Part shown: positions 35,601 to 47,367 of the stretch, piece by piece
Position numbering within the stretch: position 1 is the stretch's first letter
How the letters are laid out: each line of letters begins with the position of its first letter
NCBI GenBank assembly: GCA_043228905.1
Contig: JBHGNT010000010.1
Location: 15,500,001 to 15,564,000 of the forward strand
Source: Azolla caroliniana
Lineage: Eukaryota; Plantae; Polypodiophyta
Direction of reading: 5' to 3'
DNA length: 64,000 nt
Program-made: the position numbers and the translations under genes
The notes under the pieces: generated by a model
Database searches by the model: none
What the model saw: the letters and a program-made list of their open reading frames with translations, nothing else
What the model was told of the DNA's origin: nothing

Positions 35601-37700
35601 CTTGTCCAAATATTAAAGTCACGATCGAGGATGTGGAGATGGATCAACACTTCTTCGTACAAGAATCGGCTTCGCATCCTGTCATCCTAGGTCCACCGTA
35701 TATCACATCATCCTGGATGGAGACCAAGGTGTTCGATTATGGAGCAGCTTTCACGTGAATCAAGAGTATTGAGAACCAAAGATCTGTTCAATTCCTACTG
35801 GTGCAAACTAATCATGAAAGAAATCGAGATAACCTTGGAGGCAACTCCTCGGATTTTTAGCGCGGACTATTGAAGCATGGGGCACAAATAGTCCAAGCGA
35901 TCACAAGTCCCCACAAGAAAGTAGAGCGTGTGGATTGTGAGGAGAAGCAACATGTGTCACACCTAGTGGCGCATGTAAACTAGTACTACCCAACAAAAAG
36001 GACAAGCGTCGGATACAAGACTTTGAGAAGATGTTGAAAGAAGAAAATATAATAAAAGAAGAAGAGTTCATGACTCATATTATGGAAGAAGCCTCATTTA
36101 ACGACACCATCGGCGAAATCGATGACGTCATGGACTTGAGCTATCTTCACGATCAAAACATGATTTCGGTTAACTCCATCAACATGTACGCTATAATCAA
36201 TGAATATAATCGAAGCATCTTGATGAAGGAAGCTGAAATCAACACAAAATATAAAACGGTGGATAAGAAGATCAAGCCAGTTGCGGTTCCGCTACCGGAA
36301 GATAGTTGGCAAAAGATGAAGAAAGTCGCTAACAATCCAAGCTTAAGAGATCCAAAGGCAATAGGTCATGTCTTCACCGAAGAGATGAAAGGAAAGCTAC
36401 GAGTTGGAAGGGAGGATTTCCTCCTCCCTGAAGAGGAGCGAATGTTTCGTGACATGGGAAGGCTTTTGCATTTTTCTCACAAGAAATCGGATGTGCTTAT
36501 CCAAGGACGATAGAGCCGATGGTGATCTTCACGGTGCCGCATGTGCCAAGTTGGAATTTGAAACCGATACCGGTTCCGATAGCACACCTACCGAAGCTGA
36601 TCGAGCTCTTAAAGGAGAAGGTGAATATGGGAATTCTGGAACCGTCAAATGCTCCTTATTCTAATAGGTGGTTCACGGTGCCGAAGAAGAATGGATCATT
36701 GCGATTCATCCAAGATCTTCAAACCCTCAACAAGGTGACAATTCGGAATGTTGGAATCGGTCCAAGTGTGGACGAATTTGCCAAAGCGTTTGCGGGGCGG
36801 TCCATCTACTCCATTGGCGATCTCTACTCTGGATACGACCAATTCCAGTTGGCGATCGACAGTCATGACATTACAACCATGAGGACTCTGATCGGGCTCG
36901 TGCGGATGTGTATCTTGCCTGAAGGTGCAACGAACTCGGTGGCTCATATGGTGAATGCCATGAACAAGGTCTTGAAGGATTGCATCCCGGACATCACGAT
37001 GCCATTCTTGGATGATATTCCGATAAAAGGATGCTCGGATGAGGAGAAAGATGAATTGAAAGATAAGGAATGGTGTAGGAAGTTCGTCGCGGATCATATG
37101 AAAGATTGTGAGAAGGTGCTCGAAAGGCTCGAAGATGCGAATTTGACATTTTCGGGAGAAAAATCCGCATTCGGGCAACCAGAGATCTTGGTGGTAGGTC
37201 ACTTGTGCGGAGCATATGGCCGGAAGCCTTCGCCATCCAAGGTGAACGCGATCCAAGATATGAAAGAAGAATGCGTAAACCAAACGGAGGTTCGAAGGTT
37301 CCTTGGAGCATGCGTGTTTTATCATATCTGGATTCCGCACTACACTCATGTCGTCGAGCCTTTATATGGATTGCTAAAGAAAAGAATGAAGTTCGAATGG
37401 CGAGACAAGCACACAAACGTGATACGAAGATTGAAGAAACTACTTCTTGAAGCTCCAGCACTAAGAAAGGCCGATTATACCGAAGGGAAGCCAATTTATG
37501 TGACTGTAGATACGAGCCCAACCGGAATCGGGTGGGTCATCAACCAAGAAGGAGAAGATAATGCGCAGTATGCCATCCGGTTTGGAGCAAAGGTTCTCAG
37601 CGAACGACAACGAGGATACGCCCAAGTCAAGAAAGAACTTTGGGGTATTGTGTCGGCAGTGAAGACGGACAAAGACTACCTGATCGGTTCGGAAGTGATA
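32605..37700 (+). mobile_element. Ty3/gypsy element G5 (same subfamily as G3), 3'-truncated in RNase H
   Basis: LTR 32605..33589 preceded by TCGA, Trp PBS 33598..33615, gag from 33662, protease LIDHGSE, GGATTTTTAG at 35851..35860, RT FLDD; many stops. Confidence 0.92.
33085..33150 (-). promoter_or_regulatory. tRNA-derived A/B-box module in the G5 LTR
   Basis: Minus strand reads TGGCTTAGTGGTAAGC...GGTTCAAGCC. Confidence 0.62.
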
Positions 37701-38299
37701 TGGTTTCGATATGAATACCTTTCCACGAAATGGTAGATGGGAATGCCAACTAGTTTGTAATATTTTCCACCACCTTGCATCTGACTTACATACATTCCAC
37801 AACTTTGCCGCTTTAGGAGATAGCCAAGATAATCATGCCATCGCATGATGATACAATATATTTTTAGTGACTTGTAACAAGTGTGTACCATCTTGTAATC
37901 GCCATTGCACCCAAGGTGCAAAATTTGTTTTCAATGGCAAAGATCCTTGCAACAATGGTATATCTTGTAATTTCTCCCAAGTAAATCCATAATTTGGGGG
38001 AATACATAACCATCGCTTAGCATCTTCAAAATCCGACAACCTTTGAGATTCATTATCAACCACATCTTCCAAATGTACAATCCCCTTGATCAAAATAAAC
38101 AATTGAATTGAGATCTCAACCTCTCTTTCCCATGCCAAAACAACACTTGTAAAGAAACAAACAATTCATTTTGTAATGAATTACAATATTCTCGATCACT
38201 TGATGGTCCCCATTCAAAAAGAGATAATACTTTTCTTTTTTATTTCTCTCTCTCTCTCTCTCCTCTTTTCTTTTGGGTGAAAACACACAATTATATTAA

Positions 38300-39640
38300 T
38301 AAATGTGTGTAAAAAACACTACTTACAATGGGTGTGACAATGGAGTATGGTCACCCACTAACTACACTACATGGGTAATGGAACATGTTGAATTGCCAAT
38401 AGGCAAGACGAAGACTCTACCGAGGAAAGAATTTCCACTTGCTCCAATAAAGAAAATTGTCACATTTGTACTCCCTTCAACTTTGGTAGATATATGCTTA
38501 CACTCCATGTCTACCATCGAATACAAACGCTATCGTGAAGATTTTCGGCAACGGTGTGAAAATCACGTGGAACGAGGAAAATCGAGAAGGTGCAATATGC
38601 ACATGTATGGAAGGGGTGATGGTTAATGTGCATGTGTGATGTGTGTTTAGGTGATCATTACACATATATATATAATAAGCCTAACGCATACAATGAGGTG
38701 CAAGTAAAGGTTTTGAACCTTACACATCCAAGATAGGAGGCAATAAACATACCATTAGACTATGTTGTTTCACTTGAAAGTTAATTTTGTTCATTGTACA
38801 TTTCACGCAAAAAATTTTGTACATGAGAGCTTAGATAAGGTACATGGTCATCATGCATCACATGTGATGCATGAGCGCCAAATGGCGGTCATGCATCGCA
38901 TGCATCTCATGCATTGTATGTATGTACTACACCCTCACATGCACATATGCATGGGGGCATCCATATAAGAAGGAGAGAAAGAGAAAGAAAGGGGGAGATA
39001 ATGTATGCAATTAATAATAATTAATAAGTTCTAGTTATCTCGTTGGCAAGGTGTCTTCTATCTCAATTTTGAAGTCAAAGGTTCAAACCGAGAATAGGAA
39101 TTCCACCTGTATCTATCTATCAATTTATCTTTAATACTTCTCGCTTGCGCTAGTCCTTCCGCCGTTTCGTTGCTTGCTCTAGTACTTCTGCGGTTCCATT
39201 ATCTTGAACGATCCCATCATCAATCCTCCATAACCACTAGCGGATAGAGGCATGGTGCTTGTCCGCGCTTGTGACGCGCACATCACGACGTTTGGCACGT
39301 GTGTCATGCTCCACACGACAACGTGTTGCGCATATTCCAATTATGACGCGATCCCCAATTTTCAAAAATAGAAAAACGATCTCCATCTCTGATTTTGGGT
39401 CAACCTGTGTAAATTGTGCAAACACCCACTGTCTAGGTGTCAAATAACATCGTGATAAGACTTGCCAAATTTGAGAAATGTAACTCCAAATCTACCAAGC
39501 AATCAGGCATTGTATAAATCAATAAGTACTATCTTCCATTTGAACAATGCAAAAAAAACAATTACCCATTGCTAGTCCATCACGCTTTAAAGAGCTAACC
39601 CTCCAATCAAAACTCTCCAAATGAAGACCTTTGCTACAAG
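38300..39640 (-). pseudogene. Decayed L1-type LINE ORF2 C-terminal region (boundaries approximate)
   Basis: Removing the solo LTR restores W-N-M-R-N-A-F-V-F, resembling the WxxRNxxxF motif at L1 ORF2 ends. Confidence 0.5.
38531..39320 (+). mobile_element. Old solo LTR of the Trp-primed gypsy lineage; TSD ACGC/ACGT
   Basis: Starts TATCGTGAAGATTTTCGG (TG decayed to TA) and ends CACGACA; shares the tRNA-like, GCGCCAAA and CATGCA blocks with the G3/G5 LTRs. Confidence 0.8.
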
Positions 39641-39645
39641 TGGCA

Positions 39646-39649
<4 letters not shown>

Positions 39650-39710
<61 letters not shown>
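39650..39710. repeat. (CT)30 microsatellite
   Basis: Direct reading. Confidence 0.97.
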
Positions 39711-39712
<2 letters not shown>

Positions 39713-39846
39713 GAGTGAGGAGTTATGAGCATTTTCGCCCGCAACCCTCTTTGCCCCGCGGCTCCTCAAACTCAAGGTAGATTTTGAAACCCTAAATCGA
39801 TTGAAAGGTACATTCTACCTCTTCTATCATTTTATTAATAGTAAAT

Positions 39847-40662
39847 ATGCCAAGAGGAGTAAAAGCCAATGATGATGTGATTGAAAGCCCAAACAATCAA
39901 ATGCATACATTGTCAATGGAAAAGATCGCAACTATGTATATCTCATTGCAAGAGACAGTGATGCATATGCAAAGTGAATTGTATGCTTGTAAGGAGAGGG
40001 AATTAACTCTTCAACATACACTGGAAATGCAAAAGTTAGAGATAAAAGCTTTGCATGAAGAACTACATGCAATGAAGAACATGACTATTCAAATGCAAGA
40101 TAATAGGATGCTTGAAATCGAAAGAAAAATGTTGAGTCTTGAAGCAGAAAAAGAGATTTTAGTGAAGGCAAATGCCGAAATAAAATCTACAATTGAAGGG
40201 AAGGAAGATGTGATCATGACAAGGTGGAAAGATGTTCTGTTGAAAGAAACACCAAAAATCACGCAAAAACATCCTAATACCATGGATGTGTTAGATGTAA
40301 AGGAGCAATATGAAATCAAAAGAAGAAAGAATAATATTGTCATTAGAGGTATGCAAGAGAATGAAATAGAGAATGCATTATCTCTTAGACAAAATATTAC
40401 GAAATTCTTTGAGGATCACTTTGCTATGCGAGATGTTATTGTATATGCTGCACATCAGGTTGGCAAAAAGCAACAAGAGGGAAAGACATCTCGAGCTATT
40501 GTTTGTACAATCCTCGATGAACGTAAAAGGGCAATGATTCTAGATAGTAGTAAGGTGTACTTAAAAGGGACAAGTTATTTTGTAACGGAGGATAGAACTC
40601 CACAAGAGCAAGAACGTAGAAGGCAAGCATATGCATCTCGAAAAGCAAATCAAAATGCATAG
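39847..40662 (+). CDS. LINE ORF1 (coiled coil followed by an RRM-like region)
   Basis: Heptad-rich N-terminus, RRKNNIVIRGMQE and FVTEDRTPQE motifs typical of non-LTR ORF1; lies directly upstream of the endonuclease. Confidence 0.78.
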   Translation: MPRGVKANDDVIESPNNQMHTLSMEKIATMYISLQETVMHMQSELYACKERELTLQHTLEMQKLEIKALHEELHAMKNMTIQMQDNRMLEIERKMLSLEAEKEILVKANAEIKSTIEGKEDVIMTRWKDVLLKETPKITQKHPNTMDVLDVKEQYEIKRRKNNIVIRGMQENEIENALSLRQNITKFFEDHFAMRDVIVYAAHQVGKKQQEGKTSRAIVCTILDERKRAMILDSSKVYLKGTSYFVTEDRTPQEQERRRQAYASRKANQNA

Positions 40663-40668
40663 CAACCA

Positions 40669-42835
40669 ATGACCTATGGGACTACTTCACGATTGAAAGT
40701 AATGTTTTGAAATTGTAGAGGATATCCATGGAATAAGGGTTTAGGATTCAATGATGTAGCTCAAGGTATGGATATTATATTTTTGGCTGAAACATGGGAG
40801 CATGAGGCAAAACGTATACCTAAGATAGACGATTACCTCATAAAGTCGATATGGCCTCACTCCAAAGGGAATATTGGGCGTGCCGGGATAGCATGTATCT
40901 ACCATGAGAGCTTAGATAATTCTATCAAAGTATGCAAATATGATGACTATAAGAGATACATATGGATAGAGGTTAATTTGGGGAAAGAGAAGTTGTATAT
41001 AGTTGCATGTTACATTCCTCACAAAGACTCAAACTACTATAGTAGGTTTGGGTTAGATTGTGATGATCCTTTTACAGAGTTATGCCATGATATACTTTCA
41101 TTTGAGAAGCTTAGTAAAGTTTTAATTATGGGAGACTTCAATGCAAGAGTTGGAAATTTCCAAAACGTGGAGACATTTGAAGAAAATGTAGTAGAACATT
41201 GTCTATTGCGTGACTCAGAGGATTGTGTCATGTCAGATTATGGAAAACTTTTGATACATATGCTAAATTGCACAAACTAGATTATCCTAAATGGTATAAA
41301 GGCATTCCCATTGACAAATGTGCTCACATGTTTACCATCCTCGGGTAGAGGAAGTGTGGTTGATTATGCATTAATGTTGGCATGTGATCTATCATTGGTG
41401 AATGTGTTTAAAGTTGGTTCTCTATCTTCGGACTCAGACCACAAGCCATTGTACTTAGAGCTTGCAATTCCACATTCCACTAGATGTCGTGAAGTGAAAG
41501 ACAAAAAGAGATGTATTATCCGACCTTGCTACGAAAAAGCTAAGATGTATGCAAATGAAGTGGAGAACCATTTGTTAAATTTTTCTCTAAGCAACGATGT
41601 TAAAGAAAATTGGCAACATTTGAGGGATATAATCCTTAAGGTTGGATATCAATGCTTTAAGAGACATGTGGGTGGGCATAAGGTGTGTAGTTTTCCATGT
41701 AATTCTTGGTTCGACGATGAATGTAAGATGTATCTCAAATGGTTTAAGTCCATAGAAGGGGAGAATGAAAAGATTGTTGCATGGCACATATACAATAAAG
41801 TAGTGAGGAGAAAGAAAAGAAGATATTTCCAAATGCAAGAGATGAAAAAGAAAAACTTGTTTAAGCTCAAACCAAAATTAGCATGGGGACAACTCAAGGG
41901 TAAGAAAGAAGATGTGAAAAGGTCACTTTACAAATGAAGAGATGCTAGACTATGTACAAAGGTTATATATGCATGAAGGTGTGGCTCCTATGGTTGAGAA
42001 AATTGAAATTCCATGCACTACATGTATCGATATTGATGATGTCAATAAGGGAAGAAAGAAGATGGCAAGTGGGAAAGTAGCAGATTCAACCTACGTCTCA
42101 AGTGAGCTTTTAAAATGGATAATGCCACACTCGTCATTGGATAATGACAATTTTAGAGCAAGCTATAAAACAAGGATTTCCAAATGATTGGCTTATGAAT
42201 TGGATTAAACCAATATTTAAAGGCAGAGATAAGAATCAAGTAGCAAATTATCGTACAATAATGGTGAGCTCAACTATTGCTAAATTATATAGTACTATTA
42301 TGGAGCAAAAGATAAGCACATGGGTTGAGAGTACAAGCAAAAGAGCACTTGGGCAAGCCGGATTTAGACCAAAACACTCCATCATGGATCATTTGGTCAC
42401 TTTAAGAGTAATCATGGAAAAGAGTCGACTACAAGGAAAAACACTTTATTGTTGTTTTGTTGATTTCAAGAAAGCTTTTGATACCGTACCACGAAGTGAG
42501 CTTTGGAATAGAATGGTAGACATTGACATGCCATTAGAGTACCGAGTTGTGGTTGCACAACTATATGAACAAGTTAAATGCCAACTAAAAATGGATAGTG
42601 GATTCTCAAAGAGCTTTTTAAGTAACACGTGGGTCAAGCAAGGATGTCTACTATCACCCACACTCTTTGGCTTATGTATTGATAAATTAGAAGAAGTGGT
42701 GAATAAGGTTGCAAGAAAAGAAGGATTGAATGGCCCCAATTTGATGCAACATGTTATCTTATTGCTTCTATATGCAGATGATGTGGTACTCTTCTCATAT
42801 GATGTTGATAGTATGCAACATTTATTTGGGGTATT
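40669..42835 (+). pseudogene. LINE ORF2 (APE endonuclease + RT; RTE/L2-like), disrupted and truncated
   Basis: FLAETW, MGDFNAR, SVVDY, SDHKP, QAGFR, VDFKKAFDTV, KQGCLLSPTLF, LLYADD. Confidence 0.9.
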
Positions 42836-42837
42836 AC

Positions 42838-43525
42838 AATTACAACTGAAACTTTGGTTACGTCTGAAGAATTATCTTCTAAACCACATGTACCAAAAAG
42901 AATTCTCAATGTTAAAACAAAAAAATTGCGTTCTAAAATAATCCAATAATTTAAAATTAAATGAATGGATAAATCTATCAAAGATGCCACATGGGAACGC
43001 AAAAATACTCTTAGAATTAACTTCCCTAACTTTCCTTTGCAAGAGTGCAATGTTTTAAAGAGGGGGAGTATGTTACGGGATGACCATATAATATCCCGTG
43101 GTGAGAATGTATTGTAGTATTGTATACACGTGGATAAAGTGTGAGGGTTAAACGAGAGTGTAAAGAAGGGGAGGATTACTTTTAATCTCGGGATTGAGAC
43201 AACCCATTAGGCCAAGTGTGAACTTGCCTGGGGGCCTTGGGTCTAGCTATAAATATGAGGCCTAGCTACCCTCATTTGATCATCTCTTGACTACGTCGAC
43301 AATCTGTTCTTGTGGTGGGTCAACTCTTGTAGCGAGAGCGCCAGCACCAGGTATGACTCGATGCCACAGTAGTGGTATGGGACGCCGATCGAGACTCAAG
43401 TCCATCTTGATCCCTTTACTCGGGGGTGGTCTGGTGGATCGGCACCCTTCTTTCTCTCTCTCCTTTCTTATTAATCTATCTTTTTTATCCTTATCATGTG
43501 CTTACTTTAGAACATAACTCTAACA
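42838..43525 (+). mobile_element. Chromovirus 3' end: chromodomain remnant, PPT and LTR (43071..43525)
   Basis: FKIK*MDKSIKDATWE...FPNF, then AAGAGGGGGAGTA and TGTTAC... Confidence 0.8.
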
Positions 43526-44400
43526 TGATACATCATTCTTGCCACAAAATAATCCAAATGATATGAGAGTGATTATGGATGCCTTCAAATTGTATTGATT
43601 AGTTTTTGGGTTGCATGTTGACTTCAACAAGTCCAAACTATTACCCTTGAAACCATATAGTTGGCATCAAATTTTGTGGCCAGGCCAAGTTGTTAGCCCA
43701 AATGACAAGGTTAGACAAGTGGACTATCCATTGGGCTGAAATGCAATAGGGAAAGGAAAGGTTGAATGGGTTCTGCAAAGAGTGAGACAAAAGCTAAGCT
43801 ATTGGAAGATTGTAACATGGCCATTCCATGTAAGATTGAGGATAGTGCAATATATATTCATGGTTAGCATGTAGTATTACTTAATTATGATTGATTGGCC
43901 AAAACACATGATACAAAAGATTAATTCAATCATCATAAGAAACTTTTGGTGCTCTAAGAAGTCGTGTAGAGGTGTATGATTCCTATCACAAGAAAAGATA
44001 TACATTCCATGATTGTGTAGAGGAGTAACTATTCTTAATTGGCAGTTACATGTGTTGCCTAGGAAAGCAACCTTACTACCAGAATTTATTGAACAAACAT
44101 TGCCTTAGGCAAGAATGCTATCAGATATGTTTGATAATTTGAAAACCAAATCATTTGGCTCATGGGATACTAACCATTGGGATGTAGTGTTTGGAAAGCT
44201 TGACAGTCACATCAAAGGATGTCCTTTGAGCTCAAACTTCTAAAGCATTGGAAGGAGGAAGTATTGCACCACATAAAATGGAGAGGCGGGAATTTAGAAT
44301 CAAGGAACTCTCTACGCTTAGAAAGTTTACATTAGAGTGTCATTTTCCCATAGTCAATACTTGAACAAGAGCCTAGAAAAGCTGATTTTTAGCAAAGACG
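43526..44400 (+). pseudogene. Highly decayed L1-type RT C-terminal remnant
   Basis: ...DAFKLY*LVFGLHVDFNKSKLLP resembles the L1 SGLxVNxxKS motif; many stops. Confidence 0.5.
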
Positions 44401-44816
44401 GCTTTGACATCAATTGCAGATGTGGTAAATGACATAGGTTAGGCTTCAATGACGTGACATGTCCTTATAGTCTTGGGCCACATCATCGAGTTATATGGAA
44501 TCACGTCATAGATGTTAGAGCTTAATCCTAATGTAAGCATATGACAAGGAAATAATAGATAGATAGATAAGAACAGGGCTTGACCTAGTTCATGTGAGCT
44601 CGCTCCTATGACACACATATCCAACATCCCTCCCTCATTACATGGTTACAATGCCCCCCTGAGATCATTCTTACGAAAGGTATTCGTAATGACGTAACCA
44701 TGTGATGGGCCACGTGGGCCTACTACAAATAGAGGGCTCATTTGGCTTGACCATTAGGTTGCACTTCGGCATATGCCATCGTAATTATGAGACTTGAGGT
44801 TAGGTAACGTACCAAC

Positions 44817-45089
44817 TGACGGGAACTGAACGTTCCTTATGCGCAACGCTCGGCCACAACCGAGCTTAGAATGATACACAGAAATCGGGAAATGAAACAC
44901 GAGACACAAAGAAGAGAAAAAGGGTACACAGAATGTTTACGTGGAAAACCCCAAACTAGGGAAAAACCACGACAGCCCACAGGCTGCAAACTATCTCTAT
45001 GTTGGGAATATACAACAGTGAGCTCACTGAGGCACCGACCTCGTGCTCACAGATCTTCGCCACAAGCGGCGGTTACAACAGAGGCCACG

Positions 45090-45128
<39 letters not shown>

Positions 45129-45697
45129 CAGTTACGCACACTGATCTCGTGCAAAACAGAAAATGACAACAACCTCCTAAAATTTTGCCCTAAGTCATAT
45201 TTATACTAATATGACTTTTCGACTATTTACAAATATAGCCTCGATGAACTCTCAGAAAACATATTTACAAATATGTCTCTTCATCCGGTTCATATCGGGT
45301 CTGCGCCATCCGGCTCTCCGTAGTCGGGTACTCCTCATCCGGTCTTCACCGGGTCTGTATCATCCGGCTCTCCGTAGCCGGGTACTCCTCATCCGGTCTT
45401 CACCGGGTCTGTATCATCCGGCTCTCCGTAGCCGGGTACTCCTCATCCGGTCTTCACCAGGTCTGTATCATCCGGCTCTCCGTAGTCGGGTACTCCTCAT
45501 CCGGTCTTCACCGGGTCTGTATCATCCGGCTCTCCGTAGCCGGGTACTCATCCGGTCTTCACCGGGTCTGTATCATCCGGCACTCCGTAGCCGGGTTCTC
45601 CTCATACGGTTTCGGCCTCGGCCTGTCGGCCTTGGCCGAGTTTGTTCATCGGCATTGTTCTTCTCCCTTCCCATCCGGAGGGACCTGTCTCCCAACA
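44817..45697 (-). mobile_element. Copia-family solo LTR, TSD CCAAC
   Basis: TGAC...AACA ends; CCAAC at 44812..44816 and 45698..45702; similar to the C3 LTR (CGCTCGGCCACAACCGAG, TTTACGTGGAAAACCC). Confidence 0.9.
45282..45610. repeat. 54-bp tandem repeat, ~6 copies, inside the solo LTR
   Basis: CATCCGGCTCTCCGTAG starts at 45307, 45361, 45415, 45469, 45523 and 45574. Confidence 0.95.
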
Positions 45698-46571
45698 CCA
45701 ACATAGTTTGTGGTAAAAGAGAGGGAAATAAGGACTCTTGACATATGTGTTTCTTTTAAAAAAAACATATATCGGCAAATGCCTCGCCTATCTCTTATAC
45801 GCATAAAACGTTAAACATTTAGCACGAGCAATCAATTTGGTTAGCTCAAGTGTTTTTGTTCTCGAGGTCTCGAGTTCAAATATAACCAAGACCATACAAC
45901 ATTGTTGATACATATCACGATAATACATGTTTAGACTTTAGGTCTAAGTGCACTTCGGGGTTCTCATAATAGGACTTAAAGAGCTGAAACCACATACTTG
46001 GGCACAGAAGAAACATAGTTTATTGTTAACATTTTTTTCGTGTATAAACTATTCATGATGCGAACATACATGGTTGAGCCTCAAGGAGCCACCATGAAAA
46101 AATTGATATAGAGATCATGGAAAGACATTCATTTGTCACCCCCATGGTTTTTAAAACACCTTTGTGTTACCATGGTAACCTGATCTTGAACCTCATCTCA
46201 TACATCTAGAGGGGTATTGACGTGAGATCATGATATCGATTAATGTTGGCCCATGATATGTTTACATCATGACATGATGTTATGACTATTTGTCTGACCT
46301 TATCCTATTTCTTTGTCAAAAATTATCATTCAATGGCTCATAACAACGACCCGATGTCATCCTCTCAAGCGAAAGGAACTCAAGGAAATCACCCTGGGCC
46401 AATCTCCATTGAGTCTTATTTCTTACAAATACAAAATTTCCTTAGTTCAACCGCTCATCAGATGTCCGAACTTTGGCAATCTTAAAGTGCTCTCGACGCA
46501 CGTGTCATTAGTTTACAACGTGACACTAATAGACCCGATGAGCGTCAGGGTGAACCATCATTTGTCATAAA

Positions 46572-46830
46572 GCCATTTACAAGAGAAAAAAAGGAAAGAA
46601 CCGAAGAAGCTATCTACACGTGGCTAGGCCGATGGGAGTCTCATTTTGAGCTCTATCCCACACCAGATAGTACAAAGATTGCATATCCTGGCCGAGAACT
46701 AAGGGGTAAGGCCACCACCTGGTGGCATGGGCTCCGAACATTGGGGAAATTGCTTGATACCTAGACAGAATTTGTCACAGTTTTCAGTGGCCAATTTCTG
46801 CAACCTCCCTCTCGAACCGAGGCACTATTT
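46572..46830 (+). pseudogene. Ty3/gypsy gag remnant
   Basis: TWLGRWESHF...KIAY...LRGKATTWW...EFVTVFSGQFL matches the retrotransposon gag pattern. Confidence 0.6.
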
Positions 46831-46836
46831 CTGTTT

Positions 46837-47367
46837 TCTAGCCCCACATTTCACATGCAATATATTCTTGGAAAGCTCTCTGGGTTAGCTTTCCGTCTTG
46901 GCATCGAGTCATACTTGGTACTAGCGCGCTTGCTACAAGAGTTTGATCACCACAATATCGGAGTTTTGACGTAATCAAATGATCTTTCAAATGAGGGTAG
47001 CTAGGCCTCATATTTATAGCCAGACCTAAGGCCCTCAAGCAAGTTCACACTTGGCGCTTAAGGGTTGTCTCAATTCCTTGGATTAAAAGTAATCCTCCCT
47101 TCTTTACACTCTCGGTTAAACCTCACACGTTATCCTCTTGTGTAAAATACTATGGTATAACTTACGACGGGATACTTTACGTCCATGCTTGTAACATACT
47201 CCCCCTCTTTAAAACATTGCACTCTAGGAATGAAAAGTTAGGGAAGTTAGTTTTGAAACATTCCCGTCGTAAGTTATACCGTTGTATTTTACACATGAGG
47301 ATAACATGTGAGGGTTAACCAAGAGTGTAAAGAAGGGAGGATTACTTTATGGTCATGCATGTAACAT
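46837..47367 (-). mobile_element. Truncated chromovirus LTR + PPT with a rearranged (inverted) second LTR piece
   Basis: Homologous to 20742..21197; PPT complement TACTCCCCCTCTTT at 47197; 47262..47348 is the reverse complement of 47086..47172. Confidence 0.78.

Noticed and set aside
45211-45741. 176-aa repeat protein (HPALRSRVLLIRSSPGLY)n
   Set aside because: It is the translation of a 54-bp tandem repeat inside a solo LTR.
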